Origin: Parachlamydiales bacterium
GTDB lineage: Bacteria > Chlamydiota > Chlamydiia > Chlamydiales > FEN-1388
Direction: 5' to 3'
DNA length: 44,576 nucleotides
Assembly: GCA_039806815.1 (NCBI GenBank)
Contig: JBDHQC010000001.1
Coordinates: 1 to 44,576, forward strand
Both the position numbers and the translations under genes were made by a program. Of the stretch, positions 24,899 through 34,280 are shown in pieces (the stretch's first letter is position 1; each line of letters opens with the position of its first letter). Under the pieces are notes generated by a model that was not told the origin of the DNA, did no database searches, and saw only the letters and a program-made list of their open reading frames with translations.

Positions 24899-26977
24899 CT
24901 ACTTCTTCGTAATTGCTTCTAGAACTTTTTGAGGAGCTTTTTCAAAGTGATCAGGCTCCATCGTATATGCGGCGCGTCCTGACGATAACGATCTCAACGT
25001 AGTTGAATAACCGAACATTTCGCTTAAAGGAACGTGTGCGTGCACAATCTGTGTTCCACCTTTCATGGCATCTTGACCAAGAATGCGTCCACGTCGGCGA
25101 TTTAAGTCGCCTAATACATCTCCAATACAAAGTTCCGGAGATATTACATCAACGCGCATTATTGGTTCGAGAATCGATGGGCTTGCTTTTTTTGCAGCTT
25201 CTTTAATTGCCATCGCGCCACAAATCTTAAACGCAAGTTCACTTGAGTCAACTTCGTGGTACGATCCAAAAACGATAGACACCTTGGTGTCGACGAGTGG
25301 ATATCCTGCGACGACTCCTGTGGTCAGACCTTCTTCGATTCCTTTTATAACAGCAGGAATGTATTCGCGTGGGATAACGCCACCGACAATTTTTGAGACA
25401 ATTTCATTGCCTTTTCCACGCTCGTTCGGTTCGATTTCGATCTCGACGTGAGCGTATTGTCCGCGTCCACCACTTTGCTTTACAAACTTTGTTTGTGCAG
25501 AGCCAGGAGTAAAAATCGTTTCTTTGTAGGCAACTTGTGGTTTTCCAACAGTTGCTTCGACGTTAAATTCTCGCATCATTCGGTCATAGATAATTTCAAG
25601 GTGGAGTTCACCCATTCCTGAAATGATCGTCTGTCCCGTTTCTTCGTTCGTGTTAATCCGGAACGTAGGATCTTCGTCGGCAAGGGAAGAAAGTGCAAAA
25701 GCAAGTTTTTCGCGATCTGCTTTTGACTTAGGTTCAATGGCCATGGAGATAACAGGTTCTGGGAATTCCATTCGTTCCAAAGAAAGAGGCATATCGGGGT
25801 TACAGAGCGTATCTCCCGTAGTTGCTTTTTTGAGGCCGACACAAGCGACGATGTCACCTGCTTCTGCTCTTTCAAGCTCTTCTCTTTGGTTTGCGTGCAT
25901 GCGCAAAATTCTCGAAACGCGTTCTTTTGTGTCTTTTGTAGAATTTAATAGTGTTGTTCCCTTTTCAAGGGCTCCGCTGTAAATTCTCATATAGGTGATT
26001 CTTCCAACATAAGGGTCTGACATAATTTTAAATGCAAGGGCTGCAAACGGTTGATCCGTTTCCGGTTTTAAAATGATGTCACCTTCTTGTTTGAGATTGT
26101 GCGCTTTTACTTCACCGCGATCGATCGGAGAAGGAAGCCAGTCGACAATAGCATCGAGAAGTTGTTGTACGCCTTTGTTTTTGAATGCACTGCCACAAAG
26201 AACTGCAATCATTTTGTTTGTGCAAACAGCTTTTCGAATAATCGGAGTTATTTCTTCAGATGTAATTGCGTCCGGGTTTTCTAAAACCTTATGCATGAAT
26301 GTTTCATTACTTTCATCAATAGTTGCAAGTTCTTCTAAGAGTTCGTGGCGAAGGGCTTTGCACTTTTCGACGAGGTCTCGAGGAATCTCTTGTTCTTCCC
26401 ATTCAGCTCCAAGTGTTTCTTCGTGGAATATGTAGGCTTTCATTCGAAGTAAGTCTACCATGCCTTTGAATTCACTTTCAGATCCAATAGGGCACTGAAC
26501 TGCAAATGCATTAGCACCGAGTTTTTCGCGAATGCTTTCGAGTGCATCAAAAAAATTCGCTCCGGTTCTATCCATTTTATTGACGAATGCAATTCGCGGT
26601 ACGCCATACTTGTCTGCCTGACGCCATACGGTTTCAGATTGTGGTTCTACGCCGGATACAGCACAGAATACTGCGCATGCACCATCGAGAACGCGAAGTG
26701 AGCGTTCGACTTCGATTGTAAAATCGACGTGTCCTGGAGTGTCGATAATGTTGATTCGCTCATTTTTCCAATGAACGCAAGTTGCAGCAGAGGTAATCGT
26801 GATGCCGCGCTCTTGCTCTTGAGGCATCCAGTCCATCGTAGCTGCGCCTTCGTGAACTTCGCCAATTTTATGCGTCCTTCCTGTGTAATACAGGATGCGT
26901 TCTGTTGTTGTAGTTTTCCCGGCATCGATGTGGGCCATGATACCGATATTTCTTAAATGTCTTAAATCTTCTGCCAT
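24899..26977 (-). CDS. fusA: Elongation factor G
   Basis: [37 protein letters not shown]; full-length at 692 aa. Confidence 0.98.
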   Translation of the reverse strand: MAEDLRHLRNIGIMAHIDAGKTTTTERILYYTGRTHKIGEVHEGAATMDWMPQEQERGITITSAATCVHWKNERINIIDTPGHVDFTIEVERSLRVLDGACAVFCAVSGVEPQSETVWRQADKYGVPRIAFVNKMDRTGANFFDALESIREKLGANAFAVQCPIGSESEFKGMVDLLRMKAYIFHEETLGAEWEEQEIPRDLVEKCKALRHELLEELATIDESNETFMHKVLENPDAITSEEITPIIRKAVCTNKMIAVLCGSAFKNKGVQQLLDAIVDWLPSPIDRGEVKAHNLKQEGDIILKPETDQPFAALAFKIMSDPYVGRITYMRIYSGALEKGTTLLNSTKDTKERVSRILRMHANQREELERAEAGDIVACVGLKKATTGDTLCNPDMPLSLERMEFPEPVISMAIEPKSKADREKLAFALSSLADEDPTFRINTNEETGQTIISGMGELHLEIIYDRMMREFNVEATVGKPQVAYKETIFTPGSAQTKFVKQSGGRGQYAHVEIEIEPNERGKGNEIVSKIVGGVIPREYIPAVIKGIEEGLTTGVVAGYPLVDTKVSIVFGSYHEVDSSELAFKICGAMAIKEAAKKASPSILEPIMRVDVISPELCIGDVLGDLNRRRGRILGQDAMKGGTQIVHAHVPLSEMFGYSTTLRSLSSGRAAYTMEPDHFEKAPQKVLEAITKK

Positions 26978-26992
26978 GTTTACTGCCTTACT

Positions 26993-27466
26993 TTACCACT
27001 TGTAATGAGCAAAAGCTTTATTTGCTTCTGCCATTCTGTGGGTGTCGTCTTTTTTCTTTATTGTTGCTCCTTGGTTATTGAAGCAATCACAAAGCTCAGA
27101 ACTGAGCCCTTCTTGCATGGATTTTCCTGGCTTTGTACGAGAATTGCTAATAATCCAGCGCATAGCTAAAGAGAGCTGACGATTCTCAGGTATTTCGACA
27201 GGAACCTGATATGTAGCACCACCAATTCTACGAGATTTCACCTCAATAGAAGGTTTGGCATTTTCGAGTGCTTGTTCAAAAGCCTCAAGTGGGTTATCTG
27301 ATTTTACTCGTTTTGCAAAGTCGTTAATGGCATCGTAGACAATTCTTCGTGCCGTTGACTTTTTGCCACCTATCATCACTTTGTTAATAAATTTTGCAAG
27401 CACGAAACTTCCAAAGATCGGATCTGGATCTATTGTTCGTGTTACTGCTCGACGTCTTCTTGACAT
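26993..27466 (-). CDS. rpsG: 30S ribosomal protein S7
   Basis: MSRRRRA...DPIFGS...KFINKVMIGGKKSTA...EVKSRRIGGATYQVPVEI...AHYKW. Confidence 0.97.
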   Translation of the reverse strand: MSRRRRAVTRTIDPDPIFGSFVLAKFINKVMIGGKKSTARRIVYDAINDFAKRVKSDNPLEAFEQALENAKPSIEVKSRRIGGATYQVPVEIPENRQLSLAMRWIISNSRTKPGKSMQEGLSSELCDCFNNQGATIKKKDDTHRMAEANKAFAHYKW

Positions 27467-27483
27467 ACTTTCCTCAAAATTTC

Positions 27484-27513
27484 AAAAAAGTAATCCGAAA
27501 ATGAATCGGATTA
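27484..27513 (-). promoter_or_regulatory. Terminator-like hairpin plus U-run 17 nt upstream of the rpsG start codon (possible attenuator or S7 autoregulatory structure)
   Basis: Minus strand reads TAATCCGA-ttcattt-TCGGATTA followed by CTTTTTTGAAATTTTGAGGAAAGT-ATG. It lies inside an unusually long 247-bp rpsL-rpsG spacer. Confidence 0.4.
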
Positions 27514-27713
27514 GTACAATTTTCAGAGTGTATTCCCTATTTCATATGTGCTATGCAATAGAGGATTTAAATAGCTTTATGCTATTCACGATGGGAAAGA
27601 ACGAAAGTATTCACTGACTTGCAAGAATTTGCAGAGTCGGGACAAAAAACGAGCTTTTTTTCAAAAACGCGCATTTTGCACCAGGATACGTCATTTCTTC
27701 GAGTATCCTAAGG

Positions 27714-28085
27714 CTACTTAGGGCGTTTTGCCCCATATTTCGATCTTCCTTGTTTACGGTCTTTTACAGGCGCACAGTCGAGAACTCCACGAACGATGTG
27801 ATAGCGCACACCGGGAAGGTCTTTTACTTTTCCACCGCGAACGAGCACGATGCTATGTTCCTGAAGATTGTGACCGATACCGCCAACATATGCGATGACT
27901 TCTTGCCCTGTTGAAAGACGTACCCAGGCTACTTTACGCAATGCTGAATTCGGTTTTTTTGGCGTTTTTGTCTTTACTTGTAGACAGACGCCTCTTTTCT
28001 GCGGACAAGATTTGAGCGCAGGTGATTTGCTTTTTACTTTTTTCTGTTTTCGGCCTTGTCGAACCAATTGACTAATTGATGGCAT
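27714..28085 (-). CDS. rpsL: 30S ribosomal protein S12
   Basis: [12 protein letters not shown]...[17 protein letters not shown]...[32 protein letters not shown] at 28085 is preferred over the listed 28115. Confidence 0.97.
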   Translation of the reverse strand: MPSISQLVRQGRKQKKVKSKSPALKSCPQKRGVCLQVKTKTPKKPNSALRKVAWVRLSTGQEVIAYVGGIGHNLQEHSIVLVRGGKVKDLPGVRYHIVRGVLDCAPVKDRKQGRSKYGAKRPK

Positions 28086-28196
28086 GTACCATTTTCTCCA
28101 TTTTTTATAATGCAAGCTGCAGCCCTAATGAGATGCCTTTTTGCAAAAACACCCCCTATGGTAACATTATTCTCTCTTAATTACAAAGATTATTTC

Positions 28197-28724
28197 TTAC
28201 TTTGCGGTATTCCAATGAGGTAAATCTTGAATTGAATTAAGCCCGAATTGTCGTAAGAACTCTTTTGTCGTAACAAATGTTTTTGGTCGTCCTAGAGTTT
28301 CTCGGACTCCGTGTACATCGATGAGCTCTTTTTCTTGAAGACTTATGAGGACACCGGAACAATCGACTCCTCTGATTTGCTCGATTTCCAGCCTTGTAAT
28401 TGGTTGTTTATAGGCAATGATTGCAAGTGTTTCTAATGAGGCCTGACTTAACCTTTCTTGTCTTGTGTGTCCGTGAAGTTGTAAGATGTAGGGATGGTAT
28501 TGATTTAGAGTTTTCAAAATATATCCAAGAGGAGATTCTTCCAGGCGAAAAGCTTTTCCTTGAAGTTCATATTCTCTTTTCAGTTCTATAAGGACAGCTT
28601 TCAAATCCTGATTTGACACATCGTGTGTGCTTGCAATAATTTGTCGTAGTTTTTCAAAGGGTATCTCTTCTTTAGAAGAAAATAATAGAGCTTCTACTAT
28701 AGATTTAATTTCAAAAAGGTTCAT
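28197..28724 (-). CDS. scpB: Segregation and condensation protein B
   Basis: IVEALLFSSKEEIPFEKL..., LETLAIIAYKQPITRLEIEQIRGVD, GRPKTFVTTKEFLRQFGL. Confidence 0.9.
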   Translation of the reverse strand: MNLFEIKSIVEALLFSSKEEIPFEKLRQIIASTHDVSNQDLKAVLIELKREYELQGKAFRLEESPLGYILKTLNQYHPYILQLHGHTRQERLSQASLETLAIIAYKQPITRLEIEQIRGVDCSGVLISLQEKELIDVHGVRETLGRPKTFVTTKEFLRQFGLNSIQDLPHWNTAK

Positions 28725-29416
28725 AATTCATTTGTTAGATATATTTCAGAGCTGTCCTTCATTGTTACAACGAATATATCTTGGCTTTTCATTAATTCCA
28801 AGATTGCTAAGAAAAGAATAATTAGCTCATGTTTTGTTTTTTCTAAAGAAAAAAGATCTTTTATTGGAAAAGGTCCGTTTTCGAGGTGATTTTTTAATAC
28901 TGCAATTCCTTTTTTAACAGTCCAAGTCTCTTGAGTTACTTTTATGAGATTTGGCGACTGATTCTTCAATAAAGTAAAAAAAATAGTGCTAAAGAGTTCT
29001 AATGACACAGGCTTTAGGTGCATATGTCTTTTGGAAAGTTGATCTGGCTCAACGTCTTGAACTCCTCGGAAGTGGCATTGTTCAGTAAGTTCTTGTTTGG
29101 CAACGAGCGTTTGGGCTATTTGAAAAAAAGCATTATATTCTAAAAGTCCCAAAGCAAAATCAGAAGGCTGAAGGTCTTGGGTGTGTTCGAGTAATTCAAC
29201 TTCCGACGGCGTTGGTAAAAGTCTTGCGCTTTTTAAATAAATGAGTTGAGAAAGGTTTTCGATGAGGTCTACCCCATTTTCAATGGATGATTTTGTAAAC
29301 TGTTCTACGATGGTTTTTAGTTGTATTTCGAATGGATCGAGTTCATATCTTTGGACCAATAAAACTAAAAGATCAAGAGGGCCTTGAAAATTATCGAGGT
29401 GTACATAATTTTGCAT
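28721..29416 (-). CDS. scpA: Segregation and condensation protein A
   Basis: LDNFQGPLDLLVLLVQRYELDPFEIQLKTIVEQF. It overlaps scpB by 4 nt. Confidence 0.85.
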   Translation of the reverse strand: MQNYVHLDNFQGPLDLLVLLVQRYELDPFEIQLKTIVEQFTKSSIENGVDLIENLSQLIYLKSARLLPTPSEVELLEHTQDLQPSDFALGLLEYNAFFQIAQTLVAKQELTEQCHFRGVQDVEPDQLSKRHMHLKPVSLELFSTIFFTLLKNQSPNLIKVTQETWTVKKGIAVLKNHLENGPFPIKDLFSLEKTKHELIILFLAILELMKSQDIFVVTMKDSSEIYLTNEL

Positions 29417-29436
29417 ATTGCTAAAGTCTAAAGTTC

Positions 29437-31512
29437 GTGATATCTCAGAAATGTTACAGAACTTGGATTTTTATGCAGTATTTTTGGTCGTTCTTTTTCC
29501 TGATTTTTCTTCATTTGGGCTTTCTTTCTCTAGAAAGTGTCGAGGCGCAAACTTCAGAATGCGTTTCCTTAGAATCGATCCATGCGAAAATGGACGAAAT
29601 TTTTAGCCATCATGTATCGCAAAAGAGCATGACAGAGACTTTAATGCAAAAGACAATTCAGGATTTCATTGAAAATTTTGACATCAATCACGTTTATCTT
29701 TTGCAAATGGAGGTTCATCCTTATATCGAAAGTCCGAAAAGTCAATTGAAGCAATATGTAAGAGAGTATGAGCAAAATAAGTACACAGTATTTGAAAATC
29801 TCGATGGGCTCTTTCAGCAAGCAATAGACCGGGCACGTAAAATTCGTAAAAATCTTCTTCAAAAGAACCTTTCTGATTTGACGAGTCAAATTTCAAAACA
29901 AACTCCAGACATGCAAATGTATAGAAATTCTTTTGCAAATTCAGAAAATAACTTGATATCTCGTCAAAGAGATTTCCTCATTGCTCTATACGTAAAATCG
30001 ATGGGAAAAGCTGTTCCGAAAGATCCTCAAAAAGCATTTCAAGATATTGAAAATACAATAGAAGAATTTGAAAACACCTATCTCTTCGTCGATCGAAATG
30101 GTCATAAGTTCGAAAAAACTGCAAAAAATGAAGCCTTTGCTTTTCAAATTCTTCAGGCGATGACAGAAAGTCTCGATGCTCATTCTTCTTTTATGGATCC
30201 TATCCAGGCCCGCATGCTGAGGCAAAAGCTCGAAAAAGAATACGTCGGGATTGGCCTTGTGATTGAAGAGCGCGATTCTTTTTTTTACGTTCGAGATCTT
30301 GTTCCTAGAAGTCCAGCAGCACAAAATGGGAAAATTTCACAAGGAGATTTACTCGTTTCAATCGACAACAAAAAAGTCGAAGGACTTTCTTTAGATGCTG
30401 TAAATGCTCTTTTGACAGGGCAAAAAGGAACGTATGTCAATTTAGAGTTGAGTCGTACAGAAGAACAAAATGGCAAAAAAGTGCAAATTCCTATCAGAAT
30501 CAAGCTCGAAAGACAAGACGTCATCTTGCAAGAAGGAAGGGTTGATTCATCCTTCGTGCGCATCCATTCTGGCATTATAGGAATAATCGGGCTTCATTCA
30601 TTTTACCAGAATGAAAATGGCATAACGAGTGAAAGCGATGTAATAAAAGCCTATGAAGATCTTTCAAAGAAAGGTGCTGTAAAAGGCTTAATTTTAGATC
30701 TCCGGGACAATCGAGGTGGATTTTTAATGCAAGCAGTAAAAGTCGCAGGTCTTTTTATTAAGAGTGGAGTGATCGTCGCTGCAAAATACTCAAACGGAAG
30801 TACGCAATACTTCAGGGATTTAGATCCGAGCGTCTTATTTAACGGTCCTGTTATTATTTTAACATCGAAGCTCACTGCATCTGCTGCAGAAATAGTAGCG
30901 CTTGCCTTGAAGGATTACGGCGTTGCCATAATTGTCGGGGATGAACATACGTATGGGAAGGGATCTATTCAGACACAAACTGTGACTGACGAAAAACAAA
31001 ATCAAGATTCTTACTTTAAAGTCACTGTTGGAACGTATTATACAGTTTCAGGGGCATCTCCTCAACTTCAGGGAGTCAAAGCTGATATCGTCGTTCCATC
31101 CATTTATGCGCAAAGTAAAATCGGAGAGGAATTTCTTCCGAATCACATGGGAGCCTCTTCTATATCACCTACGTTCAAAGATGCCTTACAAGATGTCTCG
31201 GGTTCTGAAAAAGGGTGGTACGAACAATATTATATCCCCTTTTTGCAAAAAAAGGATGATCGATTTCGAAGATGGATCCCGGAGCTCAAAAAACTGAGTG
31301 CAGAACGTCTAAAAAAAGACCGATTTTACTCTGAGCTTTTATCAGGACAGCACGATTTTACCATAAATCAAAGTGGTAAAGTTCAAGATGTTCACTATTC
31401 TGAAGTAGAGCTTGAAAAGATAATTTCAAAATTACAGCTAGAAGAAGCTGAGAACATAATGAAAGACCTAATAGATCTTTCAAGTTCAAAGCCTATTTTG
31501 CCATCGAAATGA
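29437..31512 (+). CDS. tsp: Tail-specific (C-terminal processing) protease, S41 family, chlamydial Tsp type
   Basis: PDZ segment GIGLVIEE...VRDLVPRSPAAQNGKISQGDLLVSIDNKKVEG. Catalytic region LILDLRDNRGG...LTSKLTASAAEIVALALKDYG...GDEHTYGKGSIQ. The listed start is GTG at 29437; ATG at 29473 (MQYFWSFFFLIFL..., signal peptide) is an equally good start. Confidence 0.9.
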   Translation: MISQKCYRTWIFMQYFWSFFFLIFLHLGFLSLESVEAQTSECVSLESIHAKMDEIFSHHVSQKSMTETLMQKTIQDFIENFDINHVYLLQMEVHPYIESPKSQLKQYVREYEQNKYTVFENLDGLFQQAIDRARKIRKNLLQKNLSDLTSQISKQTPDMQMYRNSFANSENNLISRQRDFLIALYVKSMGKAVPKDPQKAFQDIENTIEEFENTYLFVDRNGHKFEKTAKNEAFAFQILQAMTESLDAHSSFMDPIQARMLRQKLEKEYVGIGLVIEERDSFFYVRDLVPRSPAAQNGKISQGDLLVSIDNKKVEGLSLDAVNALLTGQKGTYVNLELSRTEEQNGKKVQIPIRIKLERQDVILQEGRVDSSFVRIHSGIIGIIGLHSFYQNENGITSESDVIKAYEDLSKKGAVKGLILDLRDNRGGFLMQAVKVAGLFIKSGVIVAAKYSNGSTQYFRDLDPSVLFNGPVIILTSKLTASAAEIVALALKDYGVAIIVGDEHTYGKGSIQTQTVTDEKQNQDSYFKVTVGTYYTVSGASPQLQGVKADIVVPSIYAQSKIGEEFLPNHMGASSISPTFKDALQDVSGSEKGWYEQYYIPFLQKKDDRFRRWIPELKKLSAERLKKDRFYSELLSGQHDFTINQSGKVQDVHYSEVELEKIISKLQLEEAENIMKDLIDLSSSKPILPSK

Positions 31513-31609
31513 TACTTTTTTCTAAATTTTACATTTGCCTCTTGAAAGAAAAAGCATTTCACTTTAAGTTAATTGCAGTTTCCGAATTTAATGGAACGTT
31601 TAGCATTTT

Positions 31610-31682
31610 GGCCAGATAGCTCAGTCGGTAGAGCGGAGGACTGAAAATCCTTGTGTCGCTGGTTCGATTCCAGTTCTGGCCA
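31610..31682 (+). tRNA. tRNA-Phe (anticodon GAA)
   Basis: Hand-folded cloverleaf: acceptor GGCCAGA/TCTGGCC, D-arm GCTC-AGTCGGTA-GAGC, anticodon arm GAGGA-CTGAAAA-TCCTT, T-arm GCTGG-TTCGATT-CCAGT, discriminator A. CCA is not encoded. Confidence 0.95.
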
Positions 31683-31712
31683 TTTTGATATTCCGGTGAC
31701 CTTCTTTTGCAC

Positions 31713-31741
31713 TTGTAGAAAAAAGCGGCATCGTGTATCAT
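31713..31741 (+). promoter_or_regulatory. Candidate sigma-70/66-type promoter for rplU-rpmA-obg
   Basis: TTGTAG - 17 nt - TATCAT, about 40 nt upstream of the rplU ATG. The RBS AAGAGGA follows. Confidence 0.3.
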
Positions 31742-31781
31742 AGCGCTTTTTCTATCAGATTTCATCCGTAAAGAGGATATT

Positions 31782-32096
31782 ATGTACGCAATTATTCGCA
31801 CTGGCAGCAAGCAGTATCGCGTAAAAAAAGGCGATATAATTCACGTTGAATTATTGAAGCAACAGCCGGGAGAGCAAGTCGAGTTTAACGATGTTTTGTT
31901 TGTTCAAGATTCTAACGGGCAAACAAAAGTAGGAGTTCCGAAAGTTGCAGGGTCAAAAGTTAAAGCAGAATTTTTACAGGTTGTAAAAGGCCCAAAGATT
32001 CATTCTGTGAAGTTTAAACGTCGCAAAAATAACGTGCGAAAATTTGGTCATCGCCAGAAATACTCGCAAGTAAAAATTGTAGATATTGTTGGATAA
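31782..32096 (+). CDS. rplU: 50S ribosomal protein L21
   Basis: MYAIIRTGSKQYRVKKGDII...KFKRRKNNVRKFGHRQKYSQVKI. Confidence 0.95.
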   Translation: MYAIIRTGSKQYRVKKGDIIHVELLKQQPGEQVEFNDVLFVQDSNGQTKVGVPKVAGSKVKAEFLQVVKGPKIHSVKFKRRKNNVRKFGHRQKYSQVKIVDIVG

Positions 32097-32113
32097 GAAA
32101 GGATTAAAAGAAG

Positions 32114-32371
32114 ATGGCACACAAGAAAGGTCAAGGTTCTAGCCGAAACGGTCGCGAATCGGAATCAAAGCGCCTTGGAATTAAAGCTGCTGAAGGGCAG
32201 TTTGTAACGACAGGAAGCATTTTAGTTCGCCAGCGAGGAACAAAGTGGCACCCTGGCAAATTCGTAAGACGCGCAAAGGACGATTCTCTTTTTGCAATGA
32301 TGGACGGATTTGTTTCCTATCGCAAGTCAGAAAGAACGTACGTTTCAATAGTCCCCGTCGTCGAATCATAA
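32114..32371 (+). CDS. rpmA: 50S ribosomal protein L27
   Basis: [24 protein letters not shown]...[15 protein letters not shown]. Confidence 0.95.
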   Translation: MAHKKGQGSSRNGRESESKRLGIKAAEGQFVTTGSILVRQRGTKWHPGKFVRRAKDDSLFAMMDGFVSYRKSERTYVSIVPVVES

Positions 32372-32384
32372 TTTCATAGTAAAG

Positions 32385-32407
32385 GCCATAAGATACCTTC
32401 TTATGGC
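32385..32407 (+). terminator. Weak hairpin between rpmA and obg (possible partial terminator)
   Basis: GCCATAAG-atacctt-CTTATGGC forms an 8-bp stem, followed by ACTTTCATTTT. Confidence 0.3.
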
Positions 32408-32432
32408 ACTTTCATTTTAAAAAATCTCATAT

Positions 32433-33428
32433 ATGTTTATAGATAAAGTTCGAGTACAATTTTTAGCAGGAAAGGGCGGCAATGGCGTCATCGCCTGGCG
32501 TCGCGAAAAGTACATTCCCAAAGGTGGTCCTACAGGTGGCGATGGTGGAACAGGTGGATCAATTATTCTCAAGGCCGATGAAAACGTGCCTTCTCTTGAG
32601 TGGTTTCAAAATCGATCGAAAATAGCTGCGGAAAATGGAAGGAATGGAAATGGAGCTTGTAAAAAAGGCCGGAATGGAAAGACGCTCATATTAAAAGTTC
32701 CATGTGGAACTCTTGTTAAAGATCCCGAATCTCAAATCCTTTATGAGGATCTTTGTGAACATGGCCAAGAATATGTAATTTGTCAGGGAGGAGTTGGTGG
32801 CTTTGGAAATTTCTATTTTCGAACACCTACGAATCAGGCGCCCAACATTGCAACGCCGGGTCAAGAAGGTGAAGTAAAATCGGTGGAACTCGAGTTGAAA
32901 TTGATTGCCGATGTCGGACTCGTCGGGTTTCCAAATGTTGGCAAATCGACTCTTCTTTCGTGCATAACAAAAGCAAGACCTAAAATTGGAAATTACCACT
33001 TTACGACATTGCGGCCGAATCTCGGCTTTCTCACAGACGTTGATAACAATAAAATTATCATTGCAGATATCCCTGGAATTATTGATGGTGCAAGTGCAAA
33101 TCGCGGCCTTGGATTAGAATTCTTACGCCATATTGAACGAACAAAAGCCTTGCTTATCGTTTTGGATGCCTCGTGTATTGAAGGGGTAACATTGGGAACG
33201 GTGTATTCGATTCTGCAAAACGAATTTGAGTCCTATGGCATGGATCTTCAACAAAGGCCATTTTTGATCGTTCTCAATAAATGCGACGTTCTCGATGCTC
33301 AAAAGAACATTGAAGAATTCAAAATGGAGTATCCGATGCTCAAAAAGAAGATGTATTGCATTTCAGCGCTTACGCAAGAAGGAATCCCTTCTCTTGTCTC
33401 GGCTATTACCAACTTATTTTCCCATTAA
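32433..33428 (+). CDS. obg: GTPase Obg/CgtA
   Basis: MFIDKVRVQFLAGKGGNGVIAWRREKYIPKGGPTGGDGGTGGSIIL; G1 motif GFPNVGKST; ADIPGII; NKCD. Confidence 0.95.
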   Translation: MFIDKVRVQFLAGKGGNGVIAWRREKYIPKGGPTGGDGGTGGSIILKADENVPSLEWFQNRSKIAAENGRNGNGACKKGRNGKTLILKVPCGTLVKDPESQILYEDLCEHGQEYVICQGGVGGFGNFYFRTPTNQAPNIATPGQEGEVKSVELELKLIADVGLVGFPNVGKSTLLSCITKARPKIGNYHFTTLRPNLGFLTDVDNNKIIIADIPGIIDGASANRGLGLEFLRHIERTKALLIVLDASCIEGVTLGTVYSILQNEFESYGMDLQQRPFLIVLNKCDVLDAQKNIEEFKMEYPMLKKKMYCISALTQEGIPSLVSAITNLFSH

Positions 33429-34245
33429 ACGATGAAATTTCTCTTCCTGTAATAGCATTCCAATAGGTTCTTCGAATGGAGTCATCGGGATTTTGAATTT
33501 CGATTTCAAACACAGGAACAAAGACGATTTGTTCTTTTCGAAAAGCAAGATCCTGGCCAAAGGCTGCTTTAGCTACGTTTTTGATTTGATTTTTTGAATA
33601 TACTTCTGGAATTTGATTTTGTTTTGTTGCTTTTCTTGTGACAAGGTAATGAGAAAATACAGTACTTGGATTTGGTCTTGTCAATAGATTTTGAAAATGA
33701 ATGCGGACGATGTCTTGTTGTACTGTGACGAGATGTTTTTTTCTTAGTGTATCGATTTGTTGGGTCAACACATCCGGATCGATTCCCATTTCTATAGAAA
33801 GCGCTTCTTTTGGAAGAGCTCCTCCTTTTCTTGATAAGGCATTTAATATGCGAAAGTCGTCATCATTTGCATTGCTCAAAATGCAGTCTTCAAGTCCATG
33901 CGTTGTCTCAAAGTTTGCAGTGTTTAGCACCATTTCTCCATCGATAAGGCTCCAGAGAACTTTTGCATCTTGTGTTTTTTTGTTGTCTTGAGTGTATTTC
34001 ACATCTAAAAGAAGATAGGGTGCATAGACGAGTTCTTGCTTTCCAAAAGTATGTAAGGGGGTTTTTAACAATGTTTTTTGATTTGCATTCATTATGGCGT
34101 CAGAAGTTGTTCCAAGTTCAAATGTTTGAACTTCTGATTCTGTTTGCGATTGTAAGAAGTCGTTTACTTCTTCAGAATGAAAGTACCCAAACGTTCCGAT
34201 TCCAAGTAGCAAGAGAATAGTGATAAAAAAACTGGTCCGTTTCAT
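33406..34245 (-). CDS. Hypothetical N-terminally membrane-anchored protein with an internal winged-helix-like segment
   Basis: MKRTSFFITILLLLGIGTFGYF (signal/anchor). DDDFRILNALSRKGGALPKEALSIEMGIDPDVLTQQIDTLRKKHLVTV resembles a MarR/TrmB-type wHTH. Confidence 0.55.
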   Translation of the reverse strand: MKRTSFFITILLLLGIGTFGYFHSEEVNDFLQSQTESEVQTFELGTTSDAIMNANQKTLLKTPLHTFGKQELVYAPYLLLDVKYTQDNKKTQDAKVLWSLIDGEMVLNTANFETTHGLEDCILSNANDDDFRILNALSRKGGALPKEALSIEMGIDPDVLTQQIDTLRKKHLVTVQQDIVRIHFQNLLTRPNPSTVFSHYLVTRKATKQNQIPEVYSKNQIKNVAKAAFGQDLAFRKEQIVFVPVFEIEIQNPDDSIRRTYWNAITGREISSFNGKISW

Positions 34246-34280
34246 ATGAGAAGCCCTATTTCTTTTTAACTTGTATCAAA

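Noticed and set aside
25003-26956. Many 60-120-aa ORFs on the opposite strand or in other frames inside fusA (25003-25206, 25083-25451, 25623-25982, 26073-26435, and others).
   Set aside because: They lie wholly inside a full-length, highly conserved EF-G gene and have low-complexity, unrecognisable translations. They are shadow ORFs. The same reasoning applies to the nested ORFs inside the ABC exporter, GT32 genes, tsp, dnaB and other large genes.
31559-31810. 83-aa minus-strand ORF spanning the tsp-rplU intergenic region.
   Set aside because: It runs antisense straight through tRNA-Phe (31610-31682) and into the rplU start, so it is spurious.
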